From Rhynchobatus australiae (Eukaryota): a stretch of DNA of 64,000 bases. The notes below the pieces were generated by a model that saw only the letters and a program-made list of their open reading frames with translations, did no database searches and was not told the DNA's origin. The translations under genes and the position numbers were made by a program. Position 1 is the first letter of the stretch; every line of letters begins with the position of its first letter. Of the stretch, positions 54,790 to 64,000 are shown piece after piece. The DNA lies in NCBI GenBank assembly GCA_034780895.1, contig JAUZTB010000057.1, positions 21,415,462-21,479,461 on the forward strand. The letters are read 5' to 3'.

Positions 54790-55790
54790 AAAAGTCGCCT
54801 GCGGGCAACGGACGTTTACCTGCCCTTCGGCAGCCTGTACCAGGTCCACGATTGGTGCTAGGCCGCTAGGCATCGGAAGGTTAGGCCCGGACACTAGGCC
54901 CGAGCAAAGTTTCTGCGTGTCCGCTTCACGCCGGCCCGGCACGTTGAAGGACAACGCGGGGCCTGGCGATGCTCGGCGAGCAAGGAGGGGTGTGCATTAC
55001 CTGCCGCCGGACTGCCTGCTTCCTCCTCCGGTTCCACCGGCGCCCAGGCCACTGCCGGGCTTTCGGCTGTTGGCCTGCTTCATGGACATGATGAGGCCGC
55101 CGCTCGACTCGCTTCAGATCCCCTCTGTCACACGCTGCGCTCCGGCATCCACGACTGCGGGTAAATCCGGAGGCTGATCGGTGCGGGAGGGAGGGAGGGC
55201 GGGCGTGCGGGCAAGTCCGCCTCAGCTGCGGGCACGACCGCTTACTGTCTGGTTCGCTCACTGGCCGGGCGGGTGAGTGAGTGGGCGGTTGGTTGGTTGG
55301 GCAGGTGGACGGGGGAGCCGCTCAGTCACCGCCGTTGCTATCGCAAAGCTTCAGCCGCCACCACAACACGGCGGGCGGGAGAGGCGGGGGGAGGGGAAAC
55401 GGGATCCGGGCCGCCTGCGCGCGCACCTACCGGCGCAGTGACACCAGAGAGGCTTATCGCCCCCTGCCCCAAAGTGGCGCCGCTTTCAGTCACAGCCGCC
55501 CCGAAGAATGTCCGCGGCCTCGCTCGATCATATTAGTGGCTGCGATTTTTTAAAAAATATATAATATTAAGTCTTTGGTAGGCCTTGGCATCCTTGCCCC
55601 GTTGTATTCACCTTTGACCTCCCCGCCGGTGGCGGAGGTTGATTTTTGATCGTGGTGAGTGCGGTGGCGAGTGAGGGGATGTGCGCTGAGCGGCGGCGGT
55701 TGGAGCCGGAGTCACCGGGCCGGGGGTCGCCGCCGGGGCACCCCCGCCTCATCTGTTCCTAACGTAAGGGAGCCACTGCGCTGAACCTCC
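54790..55790. promoter_or_regulatory. ATXN2: CpG island covering the ATXN2 promoter, 5' UTR, exon 1 and start of intron 1
   Basis: Abrupt GC- and CpG-rich kilobase in an otherwise CpG-poor window, with several GGGCGG-type GC boxes. Contains the ATXN2 start codon. Confidence 0.9.
55001..55089 (-). CDS. ATXN2: Ataxin-2 coding exon 1, 89 nt
   Basis: ATG at 55089 (context ctcatcATGt) with an in-frame upstream TGA at 55114-55116. Translates MSMKQANSRKPGSGLGAGGTGGGSRQSGG(R). Donor CAG|gtaatg; phase 2 matches exon 2. Confidence 0.9.
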
Positions 55791-56029
55791 TTCTGCAAAG
55801 AACCATTGCAGATTTGCAGTAAAACGATGCTTCCTGACACAGTCCTCATTGCAGGGTCTCGGCCTGAGACGTTGACCATCCTTCTACCTCCACAGATGCT
55901 GCTTGACCTACGATCTCTGTTGCTCTGGATTCCATCATCTGAAGTGTCTTGTGTCTCTAAACTTGCACCTAAATTTAGTTCATTAATAGTAGAACACCAC
56001 AATTTATTTAATTCATTTACAGAATATGT

Positions 56030-57100
56030 GTGTCACTGGTAAGGCTACTAATTAATGTGGTAGGAAGCTGCCTTCAACTGCAATTCTTATGGGAAGGTAC
56101 TTCCATGGTGCTGTTGGTTGGGGAATCCCAGTGTTTAGATCCAGAGACGTTGAAGAAACTTGCTATAATTTCAAGATAGGATCAGGTGTGACATGGAGGG
56201 GAACTTGTAGGTGATGACCCACCTTCAGATGGTAGTGGCCACTAATTTTGAACGTTCTATTAAAGAAGCTTTGATAATCACTGCAGGCTATTTTGCCAAC
56301 TATGTACTGCAGCAATGGTGGAAAGATGATTTGGGGGGGGGAGGAAGGTTGGGGAAACAGGTGAATGTTTAGAATGGAGGTCCAAGTGACAATTCATCGA
56401 GCTGCTTTGTCCTGAATGCTGTTGAAATTTCTGAGTTTTTGGAGCTGCACTCATCCACATACGTGAGGAGGATTTTAATTGCATTCTTGGTGTGTCTCAT
56501 GGGTGATTTTTGGAGACCCAGAAGGCAACTCGATTGCCACAAGATATCTAGCTTCTAGGTTACTCTTGTGACTGCAGTTTTTAATGTGACTAGATCTACT
56601 GAGTTCCTGGTGAATAAATACACCCAGAGCATTGATTGTAGTAGATTTGATGTTCATGCTATTTAGAGGTGATTAGACTCTCTCCTGATACTTGTGGTGC
56701 AGATGTTTCTTGTTACTTATCATTAACAGCCATCCTTGTTTGTGCAAGTTGTGACTTTAGCTAGTCCTAAGTATTCTTGATTGCCATTAACTTAAATTTT
56801 ATTAAGGCTCCTTAATGTAAAGGACAGTCATTCTAACCTATGGAATTCAAATCTTTTGCTAATGTTTGGACCAGTGTTGTAATGAGATCTGAATATCTGT
56901 CTTCCTAGGAGAGTCTACAATTAATCTTGGTGAGCAGGCTATTGGTGAATAGGTGTCATTTTCAACATCAGCTTCAGTTTGTTGATATTTGAGGGTAGAA
57001 TGGGGCCAGAGGGGATGTGTCTTGTTTTTTTGAGAAAAGGTCATACCTGGATATTTTTCCATATTTTTGAGTAGCTGCTAGTATTATGCAGTAACTCCTC
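56030..57100 (-). mobile_element. Old CR1-clade LINE remnant (family of 21816-22568)
   Basis: ORF pieces SSRMWMSAAPKTQKFQQHSGQSSS and ALGVFIHQELSRSSHI align by eye with the plus-strand copy near 22 kb. Confidence 0.55.
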
Positions 57101-60100
57101 TTATTCTTTTTAGGAAGCTACCTTGGGCTTCAGGATGACTTCAGGGCAGGTTTTGTAGATTATGACATGACTAAAGAGGCCAAATGTGGGTTTAATCTGA
57201 GTTTCATGAAGAGATAAGTGCTGGCTGACAGAGTGAGTGGATGGCTTACTTGTGAGGCAGTCTGCTGCTTAAGCAGGACCTCTGCGCTCCCAATGCATAG
57301 ACCTGGGGTTCTCAATATCATCCTCAATGTTCATTCTCCACTTTGAGCAGTCGTTGGCCAGAGATTCCCAGGAATCAATTGGCAATGTTATATTTATTTC
57401 AAGGAGACTTTGACTACATCTTTATATCTTTTCCTGTCTCCACCTGGCATTGAAGTGGACCAGTTTGCCTCCCTTTGGGAGATGTACCAGGGCTTTTGTC
57501 AAGGTCAAAATAGAAATCTGCTTTGGCGTAATCAGAAGCTTCAAATGGGGCAGATGCACTGATGAACACAGCGTTGCAAGCACAGAAACCCTCTTGATTG
57601 CCTCCCTCCTGGCTTCTCACCCACTTATTGGCTAAGCTCCAGCCCCTAGGTCCCAAATCCCATGGAAGTCTGGTACCTTTACAGTGAATCCAGTCATACA
57701 CCCAATCACAATCGCAACCTCCAGCTGTCGCTATCTGTAAGCCTAACTGCATTCCCAGCCACTGGGTCCAGCCACACATCTAACCACACCATGTGCAGTA
57801 ATAACTTAGCTGGAAGTGTAGTTGGTTCTGAAACATGTCTCAGCACTACTGCCTGAATGTTGCTGGATGAGTAAAGCAACTAAACTATTTCTGCCTGATT
57901 TCATTAATAACATAAGGAAGTGTTGAGTGATCTAGCTCTGGTTAATAATGGCAAAACTTAAAAAAAACTATAGATGTTGGAAATCTGAAACAAGAATAGA
58001 AAATGCCAGAAATACTGAGTCTGAAGATAGCATCTATGGCGAGAGAAACAGAAATCTGAAATATTAACTTTTCTCAGAACATGAAGTATTTTTTTGGTCA
58101 GCTGATACAAATGGTTCCAAGAAGTCCAACCATTTTCCTAATGACTATTCTTTGCTTTGAGTTGTTGGTATTTTCCTTGGCTGAGTTGGGATCATAAAAC
58201 AACTTCAAGAAACTGAGTAGCATGGCTTCATGTANNNNNNNNNNNNNNNNNNNNNNNNNNNNNNNNNNNNNNNNNNNNNNNNNNNNNNNNNNNNNNNNNN
58301 NNNNNNNNNNNNNNNNNNNNNNNNNNNNNNNNNNNNNNNNNNNNNNNNNNNNNNNNNNNNNNNNNNNNNNNNNNNNNNNNNNNNNNNNNNNNNNNNNNNN
58401 NNNNNNNNNNNNNNNNNNNNNNNNNNNNNNNNNNNNNNNNNNNNNNNNNTAGGCAATAAAAACTTTTCATATTAAATTGAATGGTTTCCATGGCAACTGC
58501 AAGTGGCCATAAAGAGAAACCATATTTTGGTTAAAGTGATGTGTAGGCCAGGTAGAGTAGATCACTGGCTCCCTTCCCAGAATGATATCATTAACCACCA
58601 TTTAGGTTATTTGCTCCAATCCCACAGCTATTGTATGTTTTTTCTTACTAGTAACCATAAGTTACAGCTTCATTTAATTTTTAAGTTTGATATTGAGGGA
58701 TTTGCTGGTCTAGAGTTTTCATTGGAACCAGTACTAAACTACTAAACACAAACTGATCATCTTTTCTATTTCTTTTAACAACAATATTTTTCTCAATCAA
58801 TTGACTATAGATGATAAATGTTTAACCAATTACATAAATGTGAAATCATTCATTTGCTCAAACTTGCCCTGAAATTTGCTATTGGAATTCAGTGCAATAC
58901 ATCATGGCTCTGCTACTACTCAAATTCCATGCTGACCTCAATTAGATAAGAGCACATTCTAATTAATTAATTAATTGATTCTGTTGCAAGTTTTCACCCC
59001 TCTATTTCCTTCATCCAGTTCAAAGTTTGCTCTTCCTTTCCTGGGCATGCCTTCTGGTGTAGAATAATAAGACCACTATCTCCCACAACCACCTACATTG
59101 CATTGCTTTCCACTCTTACAAGGGCTCATTTTCCTTCTGTCTCTGGCTAGTCTACTACAATGATGTTGCACACAATACACTGCTTCCAAAATGTCCTATT
59201 CTTTCTTCAGTTGCTGGTTCCCTTGCACTTATGACCAAATTTGCAATAATTTCCCTTGCTTAAACCCTACCTCAGCACATAGTACCAGGAGAGGGATATT
59301 TTGTTTTTATCTTCTATCACATCACCACCTGTATTTAGTAGATCATTTACTGCCATTTCCACTTTTAACAAGTGTCAGAAGCTCGGTGACACTTGCAGGC
59401 TGCCCCCAGAACACTCTATTACAAAAGATGCATTTCACTGCGTGTTTCGATGTACGTGACTAATAAGGATATCTCATCCAATGTATCTGCCCTTCTCTCT
59501 CCCTTTTCCACGTCAGCCACACTTGATCACTTGCACTCCTTCCCTAGCATTTTCTGATTTACTTTCTCTCATAATAGTGCAGACCTCTAAACATTCCTTC
59601 TGGATGAGACCATAATTTATGTATCTTGTCCAGGCTAAAATTTATTGCCAATGATGCTGTCATCACTACATAATTAGGTGTAGAGGACATCTAATTTAAC
59701 TCCAAACTTTCCACTTCAATTTCCCCATTCTGCTTTCTCTCTTAGCCCATCTTAGTTTGGGAAATTCAACACAAGCTCAAGAAACAGTCTGCATCTATGT
59801 ACTTCGCACTCTTCTGCCCTTAATATTGACTATAACAACTCCAAACCCCAACTGTAGATACCACTTGCTCTTTAGCATGAAGTGTTGGTACTGTGGGAAT
59901 GGGTTTGGCAATATTTTGGGGGGAAGAAATGGATCAGAGGTTTCAATTGGGTGTTTCTATGAATGCAAATGGCTGATGAGGTGTTCCGCACTCCTTTATT
60001 TAACTTGCAATTATTTACAACATTTGGTGACATTTCCTCTTTGTTCTTCTTTGCCTGTGTTATCCCTCCATTCATTCACTGTTCTGATATCCTCTGTACC

Positions 60101-60399
60101 TTATTGCTTGAGGGCCTGTATGAACTCGTTTTGCCCTTAATTCATATGCAGGTTGTGTAATAAATTTGGGAATACAAATCTGGCATCAGAAGTATTATAC
60201 ATGTTTTATTTGCTTGAAATGATTGTGTAACAAGTATCAGTCCTGGACACTTAATTACACACTGTCCTAATTTTCAGATATTCATTGGTTAATGAATTTA
60301 AATAATTTTTATTATAAAAACATCTGTCTTACTGCCTTGGGTACTTTACACAGTTTAACTTAAATGGCAATGGAAGGGACAGCAGAGAAGACAATAACT

Positions 60400-63205
60400 A
60401 AATGTTTGCTGTGGAACAATTTTTATTCTGTTAAAACAATCCTACAAGTCATTCATAACTAGGCCTGCAACAAAGTCTACAAACAGCTGTTTTGTTTAAT
60501 TCCTAATAGACAATCATATCTGTCTGCCTATTTCACAGCATTATTGCTCAGTTTACTGAAATTAGGTGAAATGAACCAAATTAATTAAAATACACTGATC
60601 CAGTTTAAAGTTTCACNNNNNNNNNNNNNNNNNNNNNNNNNNNNNNNNNNNNNNNNNNNNNNNNNNNNNNNNNNNNNNNNNNNNNNNNNNNNNNNNNNNN
60701 NNNNNNNNNNNNNNNNCCAGTTTAAAGTTTCACACTAAATATATCATTTTGCACTTTAAGATTCAATAGTCCTCAACTAAAAGCTGAGTGCATAAAATGT
60801 TATTTACAAAATGGTTATATTTATACCTCCATTAAAAGGTAACATGGTTTGGCTATACATAATTTACATTTGTGTTTTCTTCAGAGATTTCCCACAAACA
60901 TCTACAAAAATATTTTTGTAAATTGCCATTGTATAATGTGAATTGGGTGAATGTTAGTCATTCCCAAAGACCTGTGGAAGATATTTCTTATAGGAAAAAT
61001 TGCTTCAATTTACACCTTGGCAATTCACACTACATCTATTAATCTATGGCTAACACATCATCCATAATATTTAATCATTATATTTACAAAACAAACAGTG
61101 GAAGTAAACTTACATCTTTTATAATACTTCACAAACTGCAGGATGCTAATAACGAGAATGAAGGTTCATTCACAATATTAATGGTTCTTTAAGTGTTATA
61201 ATATTAATCAATCTTTCTAAATTTGATTGTTTACAGCAACTACACATTCATACGTCTCCAACCTTACAAGTGTTCTAAGCTTACGAACAACTGAAAAATA
61301 GTTTTTTGCTGAGTCAGACGCAGAGAGAATGTAAGAACCTTGAGTGGTTTGGTAATTTACCAAGTTCCTATCCATTCTTGTCAATACATTTTGTGTGCTC
61401 TGTATCAACTCAAGTTATGCTGATGATAGCTGCAAGTCAGCAAGAACAAAATTTAGGTGAAGTCGAACTAAATATCAGAAATCAAGGGCTGTTCACTATT
61501 AGATATCTCCCTCAGTATAGAAATACTGGAGTGAATGCAGAATGCAAATGAATTGCAGAAGTCTTGTATACAAGTAAAGCAACACCTAGTACTGATAGTT
61601 GAGATATTTAGGTTATTCTCTGGATGTGTGATTTATAGTTCATGACAGGCTTTATTTCTGGAACATTTATTTGGTCATATTTTAGGTTTCACAAAACCTT
61701 GCATTGCTAAACATTTAAAATGGCTTTGTCAGCTTTCCTTAGAATAATATTTAGATGTTAACATTGAAAGNNNNNNNNNNNNNNNNTTAATTGAATGGAT
61801 GAAGACCCATCAAGTTAAGTGCAACAGCCAGTTCAGTAAACTTGATTTTTTAATTAGAGATGTACAAATTTTATTCCTTTTCATATGATATCCGATCCTG
61901 AAGAATCACTTCCCCTTTGTCAACATTTCTCACTTGAAGACAAGGTATAGCACATTAAATGCAATACACCATTGTAATACTTCCATTATCCATCTTATGG
62001 AGCAATTCCAAAACTCATTAAAATTATGGTTAAATGTCTTCCTTGGCCTTAAGTTTAAACATATCAAATTAAGTTCAGTTAGCTATTTGCCAAGGGCTAG
62101 AAATTATAGACAGACAAATAACATGTAATCATTGTGAGATTCCAGATCACCCAAAGTGCCTGGTCCACACAAAAACCAAACTAAATCAGAAACTATTGGA
62201 TTTTTAATACATAAATTCAGTGTCCTACAGTGTTCTGGATGTGCAGATCCTAATGAATCTAGTGTCAACTACAATGCTGCTCCTATTTAATCCACACAGA
62301 CTACAACCCAAACAGTTTAAGTAATGGTTTCACAGGAGATGAGAGTTTTGTACATTTCAGGTTGAAAAACATGTAAACTGATTGTTTTAATGTTAATGAG
62401 CAGTAAATTAATGCAAATTATTCATTCTATGAGAGTGGTTTGAGTGGATTGATGACATATAGCAGTTTTCAATTATACGGCTTCATACACTTAAGCTCTA
62501 ATACCAGCAAATACAAATAACATTGTATTAAATAATTTTTTTCTGCACAGTGCAGAATATAGCCCAACTGCCATAAAAACTGGCAATTCTTAAATTCTGA
62601 ACCAACAATAACACATGTGGATAGGTCAGCATTACAGCACTGAAAATAAGCAAATATACACNNNNNNNNNNNNNNNNNNNNNNNNNNNNNNNNNNNNNNN
62701 NNNNNNNNNNNNNNNNNNNNNNNNNNNNNNNNNNNNNNNNNNNNNNNNNNNNNNNNNNNNNNNNNNNNNNNNNNNNNNNNNNNNNNNNNNNNNNNNNNNN
62801 NNNNNNNNNNNNNNNNNNNNNNNNNNNNNNNNNNNNNNNNNNNNNNNNNNNNNNNNNNNNNNNNNNNNNNNNNNNNNNNNNNNNNNNNNNNNNNNNNNNN
62901 NNNNNNNNNNNNNNNNNNNNNNNNNNNNNNNNNNNNNNNNNNNNNNNNNNNNNNNNNNNNNNNNNNNNNNNNNNNNNNNNNNNNNNNNNNNNNNNNNNNN
63001 NNNNNNNNNNNNNNNNNNNNNNNNNNNNNNNNNNNNNNNNNNNNNNNNNNNNNNNNNNNNNNNNNNNNNNNNNNNNNNNNNNNNNNNNNNNNNNNNNNNN
63101 NNNNNNNNNNNNNNNNNNNNNNNNNNNNNNNNNNNNNNNNNNNNNNNNNNNNNNNNNNNNNNNNNNNNNNNNNNNNNNNNNNNNNNNNNAAATGAGAAAG
63201 CCTAA
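60400..63205 (-). other. BRAP: Probable BRAP 3' UTR (about 2.8 kb, partly gap); candidate AATAAA at 60422-60427, alternative at 60205-60210
   Basis: AT-rich stretch with no recognised repeats, directly downstream of the BRAP stop, with minus-strand AATAAA hexamers. The true end cannot be determined. Confidence 0.5.
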
Positions 63206-63563
63206 CTATTTGTTTCTTTTGCCTCTTCCCCTCCTGGAGGTCTGTTTAGTTATAGCTCCAGTTGATGGCGCCGCAGATGCCACTGCAATATTTATCTGTC
63301 CTTCTTGAATCTCCTGACGTGTATCTGCTGGCATTTCATTGATTTTCTGCTGAGCTTCCAAGTAGAACATGACATCTCGCAGTTGCTCCTGCACTTCTGC
63401 AATCTGTCTGTCTTTCTCATCACATGTGTCCTTCAGCTTTTTCTCCTCTTCTTTCAGTTTGGTTTGCAGCTGGATCTGATTAGTTCTCAGGTACTTGTTC
63501 ATTTCTTGCTCCTCTCTCAGTTCTGTGCCTAATTTCAAAACTCTGTTGTTCAATTGAGAACAC
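63206..63563 (-). CDS. BRAP: BRCA1-associated protein (BRAP/IMP) last coding exon, C-terminal coiled coil
   Basis: Acceptor ttgttttactag|G. Translates CSQLNNRVLKLGTELREEQEMNKYLRTNQ...QEQLRDVMFYLEAQQKI...RQEIQEGQINIA...RRGRGKRNK*, with stop TAG at 63206-63208. Confidence 0.96.
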
Positions 63564-64000
63564 CTAGTAAAACAACATGAAAAGAGACATCTTACAAACA
63601 GCACTGGTACATACCATTCAGAAATCTACAAGAGCTGAATGTTTGGTTTTCAACTCTGAATTCTGCAATACATCTTGACTGCCAGACTTGTCTGCATCTG
63701 AAACAGGAAATTGCATTAATGGAAGGTTTTAATCATTGTGCCATTCTGTTTCAATATTGTAAGATGGTAGTTTCCTATTGTAAGTACTTCCTGTATCGGC
63801 TATGTACAACTAGAATGAAAGAAAACAGCTCGCATAGAAAAAAAATTATAGCTCAGAACTTGCAGCCACATTAAAATCTTCATTGACAAAAAAATCTGAC
63901 ACTGACAATTAAAGGATAGGAATAGAATGGGAAATTGAAATAGCAGATCAACCATGATCTTATCAAAGGGCAGACCAGGCTCAAGGGGCTTTATGACATA

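Noticed and set aside
54701-54822. Extra minus-strand donor-like sites (CAG|gtaaac at 54820, CAG|gtaata at 54707)
   Set aside because: Donor-like motifs are common at the start of first introns. Use of 54820 adds 181 nt and frameshifts, and neither site has supporting evidence.
54917-55752. GC-rich ORFs 54917..55177, 54926..55261, 55273..55536, 55281..55553 and 55567..55752
   Set aside because: Stop-poor CpG-island frames. The real exon 1 frame (55089-55001) is a different one.
833-63205. Long ORFs made mostly of X (e.g. 833..1543, 13991..14635, 47448..47966, 62615..63205)
   Set aside because: They are artefacts of N runs that contain no stop codons.
63305-63604. ORF 63305..63532 (+) and the N-terminal MLFVRCLFSCCFT of ORF 63206..63604
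   Set aside because: The first is the antisense shadow of BRAP. The second is intron sequence upstream of the acceptor at 63564-63565.
1-64000. CRISPR array, prokaryotic operon or defence system
   Set aside because: The sequence is a vertebrate intron-exon locus with no regularly spaced repeat-spacer array or gene-dense coding.

Overview
Eukaryotic, AT-rich, repeat-laden sequence with many N gaps. The V-SINE/HE1-like, Deu-SINE, CR1/HER1-like, Rex1/Babar-like and Penelope-like repeats point to a cartilaginous fish (inference). The window holds the 5' half of ATXN2 (ataxin-2) on the minus strand. Coding exons 1-8 were read by eye from 55089 down to 154; all have canonical GT-AG sites, join in frame, and encode the LSm and LSmAD domains. 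The CpG-island promoter is at about 54.8-55.8 kb. The last coding exon and probable 3' UTR of BRAP lie upstream on the same strand (63206-63563), matching the human BRAP-ATXN2 order. The most notable observations are: a 15-nt in-frame ATXN2 microexon missed by the ORF track; a candidate frame-breaking (poison) exon in intron 5; no polyQ tract and a short uORF in exon 1; two long intronic fold-back hairpins; decayed hammerhead-ribozyme-like motifs in Penelope terminal repeats; and several assembly-gap artefacts. I found no convincing evidence of a wholly new biological system. Repeat family names come from recalled motifs, and repeat boundaries are approximate.
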